Source: Clostridia bacterium
GTDB taxonomy: Bacteria > Bacillota > Clostridia > Christensenellales > Borkfalkiaceae
Direction: 5' to 3'
Assembly (NCBI GenBank): GCA_017466825.1
Contig: JAFTTJ010000006.1
Coordinates: 33,368 to 97,367, forward strand
Length of the DNA: 64,000 nucleotides
The translations under genes and the position numbers were made by a program. Of this stretch, positions 1 through 9,269 are shown piece after piece (the first letter of the stretch is position 1; every line of letters starts with the position of its first letter). The notes beneath the pieces are model-generated. The model ran no database searches. It was given only the letters and a program-made list of their open reading frames with translations, and was not told where the DNA came from.

Positions 1-12
1 TTAAAAGAATTT

Positions 13-960
13 ATGAGCTATGGCGGTAATCCAATTTATATTTATGATTTTGATTGCGATTCAAATAAAATGGATTTTTATATAAAAATCATAAAACGTT
101 TAAAAGAGTATGAATGGCTAGACAAACAAGAACAATATATTAAATCTGCAAATGATACATATTGGTTAGATTATGATTGGAAATGCGATTGTGAGAAACG
201 AGAAAGACTATCTGTAATTTTTAATGCTCAGAATAATGAAATAAAACAAGTAGTCAAAAAAGGTAATGTGGATTTTATTCCATATTACGATGATGATTTA
301 AATGTGATACGCATTGATGATGCGGAGTATCTTGATGGCGAAACATTCAATTGCCGAATAGCAATCAAACTAACTGATAAACATATTCTTTTTTATGATT
401 ATGAGACCAAAGAAGAACTGTATTATAAATCTACTATTGAAGATTGTGAGGTCGAAGTCCTTGGTTCTACTAAATTCTTCACTTTGATTTTAAATGATGT
501 TGATGTGGCAACTAAGAGTAACGAATTAGAGAAAGTACAATGTTTTTATAATGCGCATAATGCTCGTATTCAAAATAGAAGCAAACAATTGTATGGAAAT
601 ATCAATTCTTTAACAGGCGTTGAATTTGAAAAAGTTTGTCAAAGATTGTTAGAGAAGATGGGTTTTTCAGTAGAAACCACAAAAACAACAGGCGATGGCG
701 GTATTGATTTAATAGCGTATAATTCTCAGCCCTTGCTTTCGGGTAAATACATAATACAATGCAAAAGATATACTGGTAGTGTTGGCGAACCTATTATTAG
801 AGATTTGTATGGTGTTATTACTTCGGAAAGAGCCAATAAAGGCATTTTAATGACCTCAGGTGTATTTACCAAACAAGCACAGGCTTTTGCTGAGGATAAG
901 CCAATCGAATTAATTGATGGAGTAAAATTAAAAGAGTTGTTAGAAAATTACTTTAATTAA
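13..960 (+). CDS. Mrr-type (type IV-like) restriction endonuclease domain protein with uncharacterised N-terminal region
   Basis: 315-aa ORF. The C-terminal ~120 aa carry an Mrr_cat / PD-(D/E)xK-like signature (GDGGIDLIAY ... YIIQCKRY ... GILMTSGVFT). I recognise no motif in the N-terminal ~190 aa. The region is visibly AT-rich. Confidence 0.6.
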   Translation: MSYGGNPIYIYDFDCDSNKMDFYIKIIKRLKEYEWLDKQEQYIKSANDTYWLDYDWKCDCEKRERLSVIFNAQNNEIKQVVKKGNVDFIPYYDDDLNVIRIDDAEYLDGETFNCRIAIKLTDKHILFYDYETKEELYYKSTIEDCEVEVLGSTKFFTLILNDVDVATKSNELEKVQCFYNAHNARIQNRSKQLYGNINSLTGVEFEKVCQRLLEKMGFSVETTKTTGDGGIDLIAYNSQPLLSGKYIIQCKRYTGSVGEPIIRDLYGVITSERANKGILMTSGVFTKQAQAFAEDKPIELIDGVKLKELLENYFN

Positions 961-982
961 GTGAATTTACCGGGAGATACTT

Positions 983-1168
983 ATGGAACATATTATTTTA
1001 GAAATTAAAGAAAATTTTGGAGACGGGAAAATAAAGATGAAAGTTATTAGCCGTGAGCCTCTTTCAGATTATCAAAAAGAGTATATGAAATCGTTAAGGC
1101 GCGATAAAGCGATTGAGTATGGAAACCTCATGGGGTGGATTGTTTTAGATATAGAGGATTGGGTGTAA
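983..1168 (+). CDS. small hypothetical protein (61 aa)
   Basis: ORF 22 nt downstream of the Mrr-like gene, preceded by GGGAGA. No recognisable motif. Confidence 0.3.
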   Translation: MEHIILEIKENFGDGKIKMKVISREPLSDYQKEYMKSLRRDKAIEYGNLMGWIVLDIEDWV

Positions 1169-1331
1169 AGTGCTATTATACGAAGTTCGATTTAGCATAT
1201 TATTTGCTTGATATTAATATGTAGGGAAATCTTTTATAAAAATAGGCAGATGTCCAAGAATGTGGATATCTGCCTACTGTTTTTATATAACAAAAAAAGA
1301 ACTACCCTAAAAGGCTCGGATAGTTCCCGTC

Positions 1332-1415
1332 TGGTGCGGACAACAAGACTTGAACTTGCACGGGGTTGCCCATAGGCGTCTGAAACCTACGCGTCTGCCA
1401 TTCCGCCATATCCGC
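1332..1415 (-). tRNA. tRNA-Leu (anticodon CAG), class II with long variable arm, CCA encoded
   Basis: The reverse complement folds by hand into a cloverleaf. Acceptor GCGGATA/TGTCCGC, 3-bp D stem GCG/CGC, anticodon stem TAGGT/GCCTA with loop TTCAGAC, long variable arm, T arm GCAAG-TTCAAGT-CTTGT, discriminator A plus CCA. Confidence 0.85.
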
Positions 1416-1461
1416 AAAATTTGGTGTAGACGGGTTTGCCGTCCCCAAAATTTTTTAAACG

Positions 1462-1737
1462 TTAAAGTAATATTGCAAGGGCTAAAAAACCGCCAGCGTG
1501 TAAAACTATGCCTAGAATATTCAAGGCGTAAAAATACCAATGCTTCGTCTTGTGCCTAACAAGTAGCATTGCAATCAGTCCGCCAATCGCTCCGCCTAGT
1601 AGCGAAAGCCCTAAAAGGACTTTTTCGGGTACACGCCAAGCGTCGTTTTTTGCCAAGAATTTATCAATCGCATACACGATAAAAGTTATTGCGCTAAGCG
1701 CTAAAACAAAAATGCCAAAAATAAAGTGAAATTCCAT
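1462..1737 (-). CDS. DUF1294-family small membrane protein
   Basis: 91 aa with three hydrophobic segments and the DKxxAKxxxWRVPE ... LLGGxxG ... RHKTKHxxF pattern typical of DUF1294. Confidence 0.7.
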   Translation of the reverse strand: MEFHFIFGIFVLALSAITFIVYAIDKFLAKNDAWRVPEKVLLGLSLLGGAIGGLIAMLLVRHKTKHWYFYALNILGIVLHAGGFLALAILL

Positions 1738-1757
1738 AAAACGAGCCTATAAGTCGA

Positions 1758-2432
1758 TTATTTATCAATTTCTTGATTAGTGTCTTCGGTTTTTTCCTGC
1801 TTTTTAAGTTTTTTAACAGGGTTTTGAATAATGCCGTAACTCATCAAAATTATTATTTGCGCAGGCACGCCTATTGCAAAAATCAACCAGTAAGCGTTTG
1901 CCGTTGCGATAAGGGCTATGCAAAAAGCAACTAGCAAAACCGACCAAACGAGCAATGAAACTGAAAAGATTTTCCAAACCTTCTTTTTAGACCAAAGAGA
2001 AGTAAAAATGATTAGCAAAATGGAATAGATAGGCAACGGAAAAATGATGCACGTTTGAAAATTCGTCCAAAAATCGTCGGGGTAAGCCGACTGAAGGGCT
2101 ACGAAAACTATTATCGAGCAAACGAGCACGGCGCAAAGGGTGATAGCCGCAATAAAAAACCTGTTTTTATTGTTGACAGCCTTTACGTAGTTAGTTTTTT
2201 CTTCAATGGGGGCGTTTGCAGGGCGCTCGGTTATTAAAAAATCCACCGTTACGCCAAAAAAGACGGCAATGTTTTTAAGCACGGCTACGTCGGGTATAGA
2301 CTCACCGCGTTCCCATTTAGAAACGGCTTTATCAGAGTAATTTATTTTTTCGGCAAACTCAATTTGCGTGAGTTTTGCTTGCTTCCTAAGTTGAGCCAAA
2401 TTTTGGGCAAAAATTATTTTAACGTCGTCCAC
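1758..2432 (-). CDS. membrane-anchored XRE-family helix-turn-helix transcriptional regulator
   Basis: HTH_3 signature (LRKQAKLTQIEFAEKINYSDKAVSKWERGESIPD) followed by about four TM segments. I chose the GTG at 2432 because an AGGAG lies 5 nt upstream. The track ORF extends to 2534 without an RBS. Confidence 0.7.
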   Translation of the reverse strand: MDDVKIIFAQNLAQLRKQAKLTQIEFAEKINYSDKAVSKWERGESIPDVAVLKNIAVFFGVTVDFLITERPANAPIEEKTNYVKAVNNKNRFFIAAITLCAVLVCSIIVFVALQSAYPDDFWTNFQTCIIFPLPIYSILLIIFTSLWSKKKVWKIFSVSLLVWSVLLVAFCIALIATANAYWLIFAIGVPAQIIILMSYGIIQNPVKKLKKQEKTEDTNQEIDK

Positions 2433-2656
2433 TTGCGCTCTCCTACTAACATTTTTATTTAATTCTACCATAAACGGGGCAAAAAGGCAAGCATATTTGC
2501 CAATTCTACTGTGAGTAGAGTTGAAAAACGACAAATTCTACCGCCAGTTTATCAATCGTAGCGTTAGTTCGCTTTAAAGTGGGTTGTAAAAATAGCCTAA
2601 ACGGGGTAAAATTTAAGTGTCAAAAACAAAAATCTTAGCAACAAGGACGGTGCAGT

Positions 2657-3361
2657 ATGAAAAATTTTGAAAACTTTAAAATTACACTTTTTGGCGATTC
2701 AATCGGCAGGGGAATCGTTACCGACAACGGAAAACTCGAACTTATAAAAGATAGCGCCGTAGGGCTTTTTGAAAGTGGTTACGGAATAAAGATTGACAAT
2801 CGTTCGGCATACGGACAATCTTTAAAAAAAATTTATCAAAGGGGGCTTATCGATAGGTATATTCAAACCCTTGATTTAAGTCAAAAAAACGTTGCCGTAC
2901 TAGAGCTCGGCGGAAACGACGCCGACTTTGATTGGAAAACGGTAGGGCTTCACCCCGAAATGGAACACGACGCAAACACCCCCGTAAAAGAATTTGCCCG
3001 TATTTACGGCGAAATTTTGCAAAAGTTAAAGCGCGCCAACGTGGAAGTAATCGTTTGCACGATAGTACCTATCGACTCAAAAAGGTTCTTTAATCGCGTT
3101 ATAGGCGGACTTACGGACAAAAGTAGGGTGCTAGATTTCTTTAACGGGGACTTTAACACCATACACCGCCATCAAGAGATGTTTAATAACGAGATTTTAA
3201 AAGTTGCCTACGGTTACGGCGCAAAAGTCATTGATTTAAGGCAAAAGTTTTTATCAACGAACACCTTTGAAAGTTTTATGTGTCAAGACGGAATTCACCC
3301 CAACGGCGACGGCCACGCCCAAATTTTCAGCGCCGTAAACGAATTTTTAGCAACCGCCTAA
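2657..3361 (+). CDS. SGNH/GDSL-family hydrolase
   Basis: Block I FGDSIGRG, block III GGNDADF and block V DGIHPNGDGH are all present in the 234-aa ORF. Confidence 0.75.
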   Translation: MKNFENFKITLFGDSIGRGIVTDNGKLELIKDSAVGLFESGYGIKIDNRSAYGQSLKKIYQRGLIDRYIQTLDLSQKNVAVLELGGNDADFDWKTVGLHPEMEHDANTPVKEFARIYGEILQKLKRANVEVIVCTIVPIDSKRFFNRVIGGLTDKSRVLDFFNGDFNTIHRHQEMFNNEILKVAYGYGAKVIDLRQKFLSTNTFESFMCQDGIHPNGDGHAQIFSAVNEFLATA

Positions 3362-3366
3362 GTTTT

Positions 3367-3396
3367 GTTGACCTTTTGCCCGTAATGGTATATAAT
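3367..3396 (+). promoter_or_regulatory. sigma-A type promoter (TTGACC, 18-nt spacer, TGgTATATAAT) ending 6 nt before the gtrA-like ATG
   Basis: -35 at 3367-3372 and -10 TATAAT at 3391-3396. The ATG at 3403 has no Shine-Dalgarno sequence, which suggests a leaderless mRNA. Confidence 0.5.
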
Positions 3397-3402
3397 TTTA
3401 GC

Positions 3403-3903
3403 ATGTGGACAAAGTTAAAGGAATTAATTGTAAAACTTTATAACGATAAGCGAATAAGGTTTTTATTCGTGGGTTGTTTAAATACGCTAGTCGGCACGGG
3501 TACTACTATGCTCGTATATTATTTTATGGGCTACGGGCTGTTTGACCAAACCAACATAACCGATATTGAAACTTTTATCGGAACGGTAATAGGCTACGCC
3601 GTAGGTACGGTGCACAGTTATATTTGGAACAAATTTTTCACTTTTCAATCAAAGGAAAAATCGGTTTTGGAATTTTTGCGTTTCGTGGGAGTTTGCGCAG
3701 TGCAGTACACCCTTAACTACCTACTTACCTTACTTGCAAAACAGTTTATTTCAATGCACTTAATTTATACTATCGCAGTTACGCTAGTATGTATGGTAAT
3801 TTCTTTCGTTGGGCACAGTCTTTTTTCGTTTGGTAAAAAATTTGCTAAAAAGGATAGCGAAGAGTTAAACGAACCTATCGAAACCGACCTTGATGAAAAA
3901 TAG
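3403..3903 (+). CDS. GtrA-family membrane protein
   Basis: The N-terminus IRFLFVGCLNTLVGTGTTMLVYY and four TM segments match the GtrA-like family. The track ORF start at 3280 overlaps the preceding gene and was rejected. Confidence 0.7.
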   Translation: MWTKLKELIVKLYNDKRIRFLFVGCLNTLVGTGTTMLVYYFMGYGLFDQTNITDIETFIGTVIGYAVGTVHSYIWNKFFTFQSKEKSVLEFLRFVGVCAVQYTLNYLLTLLAKQFISMHLIYTIAVTLVCMVISFVGHSLFSFGKKFAKKDSEELNEPIETDLDEK

Positions 3904-3949
3904 TGAAAAGGGGGTTAAAATTTATTTATAAAATAAATACGTTAAATAT

Positions 3950-3993
3950 AAAGGTGGGCGGAACGCTTTTTTTAAAGCATTCCGCCCACCTTT
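3950..3993. terminator. bidirectional rho-independent terminator hairpin
   Basis: 16-bp stem AAGGTGGGCGGAACGC / GCATTCCGCCCACCTT with one mismatch, and A/T runs on both sides. Confidence 0.6.
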
Positions 3994-4263
3994 AATCAAT
4001 TGTCGTGTTGTCGGTCACGTTGGGTTATGAACCATGCAAGATTTCGACTACTCTTCTATAGAGGTTGTGTCTTCTGGTGTCGTGCTAAGTTTCTTCAAAT
4101 AATAAATATAATTGAGTTCGCATTACTATTTTACCACAAAAGCCGTTTATAATGCAAGTGTTTGATAAAAAATATAATAAGCGCTAATTTAATTGCAAAG
4201 GTTAAATATTTGTGTTAAAATTATTTATATAATAAGAAAAGCGCTACGCTAAAAGGAAAAGAT

Positions 4264-5211
4264 ATGAAGTTTACCGAATTTACCATTTCTACAACGACCG
4301 AAGCCCAAGAACTCGTTGCCGATATTTTATGGCAATATACGTCATACGGTGTTGCAATTAGCGACGTAAAGGACGTGGTTGAACTAATCAATGACAGAAA
4401 GTCCACTTGGGATTATTTAGACGACGCCGTTTTAAAGGAATTAAACCGCCAAGTAACCTTGGTTAAGGCTTACGTTTCGCTTGATATTTCCGACGAAACC
4501 TTAGTCAAAATCGAAAACGACCTTGCAGTTTTAAAGGAAAATTGCAAAGGCTTTACCGAAACGGGCAGTTTAGAGATAGTAAAAAGAATTGTCGACGGCG
4601 ACGATTGGATAGAAATTTGGAAAAAACATTATCGTCCCATAGAACTTGGCAAAGTGGTCGTTTGTCCCGCTTGGATAGAGCACGCTGTAAAGGACGGTCA
4701 AGTTTCGGTTTTAATCGACTCTAACATGGCTTTCGGCACGGGCGAACACGAAACGACTTCAATGGTTATCGAACTTATGCAAGACTATTTATCTTCGGCA
4801 AAGAGCGTAATCGACGTCGGTACGGGTAGTGGAATACTCGGCATTGCCGCGGCTAAACTCGGCGCTGAAAAAGTGTTTATGACGGATATAGATTACGTTG
4901 CCGTAAAGTCCGCAAAGCACAACTGCGAATTAAACGGCACGGCGGACAAGTGCGAAGTGGCGCTCAATAACCTTTTAGACGACAAGGCGGTAAAGGGCGA
5001 ACTAGTGCTTGCAAACATAACGGCGGACGTCCTTTTGGTACTCTCTAACACCATTACGGAAAACGTCGTTTGCGGTGGCGTAATGATAATGAGCGGAATT
5101 ATAAAAAGTCGCGAAAATGAAGTTATAGACAGGTATTCGTCGCTCGGCTTTAAACTTGAAAGGCGTATCGGCAAGGGCGAATGGGTAGCAATCGCCATGA
5201 GAAAATTATGA
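4264..5211 (+). CDS. prmA: ribosomal protein L11 methyltransferase
   Basis: PrmA architecture, with the SAM motif IDVGTGSGILGIAAAKLGA and the typical N-terminal domain. Followed by mtaB, as in Bacillus. Confidence 0.85.
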   Translation: MKFTEFTISTTTEAQELVADILWQYTSYGVAISDVKDVVELINDRKSTWDYLDDAVLKELNRQVTLVKAYVSLDISDETLVKIENDLAVLKENCKGFTETGSLEIVKRIVDGDDWIEIWKKHYRPIELGKVVVCPAWIEHAVKDGQVSVLIDSNMAFGTGEHETTSMVIELMQDYLSSAKSVIDVGTGSGILGIAAAKLGAEKVFMTDIDYVAVKSAKHNCELNGTADKCEVALNNLLDDKAVKGELVLANITADVLLVLSNTITENVVCGGVMIMSGIIKSRENEVIDRYSSLGFKLERRIGKGEWVAIAMRKL

Positions 5212-6476
5212 TTGAAACTAATTTAAGCCCAATAAAAAACGGTAAAAAAGCGGTAGTGTTTACGCTCGGTTGTAAGGTAAATTCTTGCGAGAGCGCGTCC
5301 CTTATGACGGGGCTTAAAACGCTCGGCTATACGGTTAGTGACGAACTTTCCTATGCAGATTTATACATAATCAACACCTGCGCCGTAACGGCGGAAGCCG
5401 AAAAAAAATCACGTCAAACGGTCGCAAGGGTTAAAAAGTTTAACCCAAACGCACAAATTATCGTAACGGGATGCGCTTCGCAAAAGGCCCCGCAAGACTT
5501 TTTGAAAAAACAGGGCGTAACGCTCGTTACGGGTACTAATTCAAAGGATAAAATCATAGGCGCAATAAACGAGCGTGGCAATATCGTTTGGGAAGAGAAC
5601 GAATATTACGAAGAGTTTATGCCCGAAAACCCCGACAAGACAAGGGCGTATATTAAAGTGCAAGATGGGTGCAACAACTTTTGCAGTTACTGCATTATCC
5701 CTTATTTAAGGGGGCGTTCACGCTCTCGAAACGTAGAAAAAATCGTTGAAGAAATCGAGCGGTTATCACCCGTTGAAGCGGTCGTTACGGGCATCAATTT
5801 GTCGGCTTATAACTACCAAGGAATAGGACTTAAAGGGCTTATAGACCGACTTTCTGCCGTAAATTGCCGAATTAGACTAGGCTCTTTGGAAGTCGGCGTT
5901 ATCAACGAAGAGTTTTTGACTGCGCTTAAAAACTTAAAGGATTTCGCCCCACATTTTCACCTTTCGCTACAATCCGGTTCTAACGCCGTTTTAAAGTCTA
6001 TGAACAGAAAGTACACGAGAGAAGAATATCTTGAAAAGTGCTTGCTTATCAAAAAGCATTTTCCTTCGGCTGCTATAACTACGGACGTAATAGTCGGGTA
6101 TTCCACCGAGAGCGAAAAGGACTTTAAAGACAGTTTAGACCTTTGCAAAGCCGTCGGTTTTGCCGACGTGCATTGTTTTCCTTACTCTAAAAGAGAAGGG
6201 ACGGTCGGGGCAAAACTCAAAGAGTTACCGCCGAGCGTAAAAGACGAACGCATGGGCGAAATTTTAGCCCTTAAAAAGCAGTTGAAAGATAGTTTTATTC
6301 AACAAAATTTGGGCAAGGAATTTTGGGTTATCCCCGAAGACTGCCAAGGGAACTTTACAGTTGGATACACCGAAAACTACGTAAAAACCTACCTTTTAGG
6401 CAAGGTCGAAGATAAAAAGGTTAAGGTCGTTTTAAAAGAGCCTTTTGAAGACGGCGCAATAGCCGATATATTATAA
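5208..6476 (+). CDS. mtaB: MiaB-like radical-SAM tRNA methylthiotransferase (MtaB type)
   Basis: N-terminal UPF0004 cysteines, a radical-SAM CNNFCSYC motif and a C-terminal TRAM-like domain. The ATG at 5208 overlaps the prmA stop (ATGA). Confidence 0.75.
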   Translation: MIETNLSPIKNGKKAVVFTLGCKVNSCESASLMTGLKTLGYTVSDELSYADLYIINTCAVTAEAEKKSRQTVARVKKFNPNAQIIVTGCASQKAPQDFLKKQGVTLVTGTNSKDKIIGAINERGNIVWEENEYYEEFMPENPDKTRAYIKVQDGCNNFCSYCIIPYLRGRSRSRNVEKIVEEIERLSPVEAVVTGINLSAYNYQGIGLKGLIDRLSAVNCRIRLGSLEVGVINEEFLTALKNLKDFAPHFHLSLQSGSNAVLKSMNRKYTREEYLEKCLLIKKHFPSAAITTDVIVGYSTESEKDFKDSLDLCKAVGFADVHCFPYSKREGTVGAKLKELPPSVKDERMGEILALKKQLKDSFIQQNLGKEFWVIPEDCQGNFTVGYTENYVKTYLLGKVEDKKVKVVLKEPFEDGAIADIL

Positions 6477-6490
6477 GGAGATGTGATATT

Positions 6491-6832
6491 ATGGAAAATT
6501 GTTTATTTTGCAAATTCGTAAGCGGAGAGTTCAGCGTTGACAAAGTTTTTGAAAACGACGACTTTATTATAATTAGAGATATCGCCCCGCAGGCGAAAAA
6601 TCATTTTTTGGCAATACCTAAAAAACATTTTAAATACCTTGCCGAAATGGGCGAAGAAGACGCGTCCATGGTTGGTCGAATACTTAAAACCATACCCACG
6701 CTTAGCGACCTTTTAGAGTTAAAAGGGGGCTATAGGTTGGTTATCAACCAAGGTGACGACGCAGGGCAGACCGTTCCGCACCTTCATATACATATATTGT
6801 CGGGGCAAAAAATGGAGTGGAATCCCGCTTAA
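6491..6832 (+). CDS. HIT-family (histidine triad) nucleotide-binding protein
   Basis: 113 aa with the histidine triad HLHIHIL. Confidence 0.85.
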   Translation: MENCLFCKFVSGEFSVDKVFENDDFIIIRDIAPQAKNHFLAIPKKHFKYLAEMGEEDASMVGRILKTIPTLSDLLELKGGYRLVINQGDDAGQTVPHLHIHILSGQKMEWNPA

Positions 6833-6935
6833 AAAGTTTTTGAACGGCGTATAAAAACGCTTGACATAGGCTTTGCCGTTTGGTATAATAATCAGGCTTT
6901 AATTAACTTGCCGTAGGGCGAAGGAGGGTTGAAAA

Positions 6936-7115
6936 ATGTCTACTATCAGAGTTGGTGAAAACGAATCGTTAGACAACGCTTTAAGAAGATTTAAGAGAAA
7001 GTGTTCAAGAGACGGTATTATCGGCGATTTACGTAAGAAGGAACATTACGAAAAGCCTTCCGTAAGACGCAAGAAAAAGGCTGAAGCCGCAAGAAAGAGA
7101 TCGGTTAAAGGCTAA
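6936..7115 (+). CDS. rpsU: 30S ribosomal protein S21
   Basis: 59-aa ORF absent from the track (too short): [68 protein letters not shown] upstream. Confidence 0.9.
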   Translation: MSTIRVGENESLDNALRRFKRKCSRDGIIGDLRKKEHYEKPSVRRKKKAEAARKRSVKG

Positions 7116-7130
7116 TTAACTAAAAGATTT

Positions 7131-7161
7131 ACACCCGAAGAAATTTCGGGTGTATTTTTTT
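7131..7161 (+). terminator. rho-independent terminator after rpsU
   Basis: Stem ACACCCGAA / TTCGGGTGT followed by a T run. Confidence 0.75.
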
Positions 7162-7205
7162 ATTCCCGAAACGAGTCTTAGCAAAATAAAAGCAAGGAGT
7201 GTTTT

Positions 7206-7610
7206 ATGCAGGAAAGAAGTATAAAAAGCGTTGCAAAAGAAGCCAAAAGGCGTATGAAAAACAAGTTTTGGGAAGATTATAAAAAAGAAGTTGAAAGCGG
7301 AGTAAAAACCGCCGAGCAAGAAGGTTTAAAGCCGTCGGGCGTGGAAAAATATTTTAAAAATCTAGTTATTAAAAACCTGCGTGGCGTAAGCAAAGAAGAC
7401 GAAGAATTTTACGAAACGGTAAAGCAAATGCTCGACCAAGAAGGGGCGCGTCCAAGCGACGCTTTGGCAAGGCTTATCGACGAAAAAGCCTTTGAAAAAC
7501 TTGCTTATCCCGATAGGGAAAGGTACTTGTTTAGGCTATCCGAAAGATACTTAAAAGCCGTTGCGCGCTACGATAGCGAGCGCGGAATTGAAAAGGCGCT
7601 CGGTAGGTAA
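7206..7610 (+). CDS. hypothetical charged helical protein (134 aa)
   Basis: ORF with an AAGGAG RBS. No recognisable motif. Confidence 0.45.
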   Translation: MQERSIKSVAKEAKRRMKNKFWEDYKKEVESGVKTAEQEGLKPSGVEKYFKNLVIKNLRGVSKEDEEFYETVKQMLDQEGARPSDALARLIDEKAFEKLAYPDRERYLFRLSERYLKAVARYDSERGIEKALGR

Positions 7611-7858
7611 AATAGGGTAAAGCAGGCTTTTTATAGCGACTGAAAACCGCCTTATACGCCGACTAAATTTTTAGGCTTTACAAAAAACCGCCTTATAGGT
7701 CGATTTGCGTGGGGCTTGCCTACCGCAAAAACGGGCAAAATTTTAAAAAATTGCTTCAAAAAACTTTTTCAAAAGGGTAAAAATACTAAAAAATAGGGCA
7801 ATAGGTTGAAAAAAGCGAAAAAAATTTAAAAAATTTTAATATTTTTTCGTCAGAACGC

Positions 7859-7887
7859 TTGATAAATTTCAAATCATAGTATATAAT
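7859..7887 (+). promoter_or_regulatory. sigma-A type promoter (TTGATA-17-TATAAT)
   Basis: Near-consensus hexamers with a 17-nt spacer, about 38 nt upstream of the ATG at 7925. Confidence 0.55.
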
Positions 7888-7924
7888 AGGTATATACGTA
7901 AATTTTTACATGCGAGGTTTAGAA

Positions 7925-8590
7925 ATGAGAACTTATCTTGGCAAATTCATTGACGAAAGTTTGGTAAACGAAAAGGGCTTCACCGCAACCGTACGTGAAG
8001 AAGGTTTTGACGTAGACGAAACCCTTCGCGAGGCAGCGCTTAGAGACGAGCAGAAATATTATCCTGCCGATTACGCCGCTTACGAAGAACTCGCCGCAAT
8101 GGACGCTACCGCTCAACTCGATGCAACTTTTGATAAGCCGGTATACGTTCCTTCGCCCACCTTCGCTCAAAAGATGCTTAGAGCCGACGAAGTTATTCAA
8201 GACAGATACGACGAACTTAAAAACTACGCTCTTCGCTTTAAAAAGCTCAAGACGAGAATTTCTAAGAAGTTTGACAGTATCAACATGGGTAGACTTCATT
8301 TCGTTAAACTCTCGGTTGCAGGCAAAACTTTAAAACTCTATCTTAACATGGACATTAACGAAACTGATCCTAAGTTCCATTGTAAGGATGTGAGCGACAA
8401 AAAGACTTACGTTACCGTACCTGTTCTTCTTCGTATTAAATCGGGTAGAGCGGTAAGATACGCAAAGATGCTTATCGACCAATGCGCGGCAATTCACGGA
8501 CTTAAGGAAAATCCCAAGTTTGAAGAAGTTGACGCAATCGCAATGGTAGAGGATTTTCTTTACGGTGGCGACGAAGGCGACGCAGAATAA
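7925..8590 (+). CDS. hypothetical protein (221 aa)
   Basis: The ATG at 7925 follows GAGGT. The acidic N-terminal half and basic C-terminal half carry no motif I recognise. Confidence 0.5.
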   Translation: MRTYLGKFIDESLVNEKGFTATVREEGFDVDETLREAALRDEQKYYPADYAAYEELAAMDATAQLDATFDKPVYVPSPTFAQKMLRADEVIQDRYDELKNYALRFKKLKTRISKKFDSINMGRLHFVKLSVAGKTLKLYLNMDINETDPKFHCKDVSDKKTYVTVPVLLRIKSGRAVRYAKMLIDQCAAIHGLKENPKFEEVDAIAMVEDFLYGGDEGDAE

Positions 8591-8774
8591 AACGCATGGA
8601 GTTGAGTCTTTTTTAAGGCTTAACTCCTTTTTTATCAACTAGAAATTATAAATTTGCCCCAAAAGGAGCAGGAATTTATAAAATATAATGAAAAATGATT
8701 GACAAAAGCCCAAAGGTAGTGTAAAATAGGTTAGCACTCCTTGGGGGTGTTAATTTTTTGGGAAGGCGAAAGAT

Positions 8775-8936
8775 ATGGCAAAAGGAAGTAGAACCAGAAT
8801 CACTTTGGCGTGCACCGAATGCAAGCAGAGAAATTACGACGATTACAAAAATAAGAAAAACGATCCGGATAGACTTGAAATGAGCAAGTATTGTCCTTTC
8901 TGCAAAAAGCACACCGTTCACAAAGAAACGAAGTAA
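8775..8936 (+). CDS. rpmG: 50S ribosomal protein L33
   Basis: 53-aa ORF absent from the track: [53 protein letters not shown], with the CxxC...CxxC zinc knuckle typical of L33. Sits upstream of secE-nusG. Confidence 0.9.
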   Translation: MAKGSRTRITLACTECKQRNYDDYKNKKNDPDRLEMSKYCPFCKKHTVHKETK

Positions 8937-8970
8937 TAGTTTCTTAAATTTTCGGCAGAGGTAACAGTTA

Positions 8971-9267
8971 ATGGAAAACAAAAAGGATACCGCAGGCAAG
9001 AAGGTCGAAAAAAAGGCAAAGAACAAGAAACCTAATATATTTGTACGCGCATGGGGAAAGATTAAAGAGGTTTTCTCAGAGCTCAAAAAGGTTACTTGGC
9101 CTTCGTTTGCGACCGTACTTAAACAACTCGGATGCGTTATAGCAATCGTAGTTATCGTTCTTGCAATAATAATGCTTATGGACTTCGGTCTTCAACAACT
9201 CCTTATTTTAGTAAGGGGCGGTCAGTCGGCGTCTAGCGCAATAGCAACGCTTCTCGGGGTGCTTTGA
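8971..9267 (+). CDS. secE: preprotein translocase subunit SecE
   Basis: Lys-rich N-terminus, the ELKKVTWPS motif and a single TM segment. Canonical position between rpmG and nusG. Confidence 0.8.
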   Translation: MENKKDTAGKKVEKKAKNKKPNIFVRAWGKIKEVFSELKKVTWPSFATVLKQLGCVIAIVVIVLAIIMLMDFGLQQLLILVRGGQSASSAIATLLGVL

Positions 9268-9269
9268 TT

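Noticed and set aside
1307-1559. Track ORFs 1307-1540 (-) and 1350-1559 (+)
   Set aside because: They overlap tRNA-Leu and the end of the DUF1294 gene. They are Arg-rich, implausible translations.
3280-3402. N-terminal extension of the gtrA-like ORF (track start 3280)
   Set aside because: It overlaps the end of the SGNH hydrolase gene by 82 nt, is Arg/Pro-rich and has no RBS. A consensus promoter lies inside it.
4000-4130. Tested whether the prmA upstream gap encodes SRP RNA or 6S RNA
   Set aside because: There is no GGAA tetraloop or AGCA-type SRP domain IV signature, and I could not build a 6S-like long hairpin. It is kept only as a low-confidence sRNA candidate.
8676-9086. 136-aa minus-strand ORF
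   Set aside because: It is antisense to rpmG and the start of secE, both confidently identified. It has no RBS.
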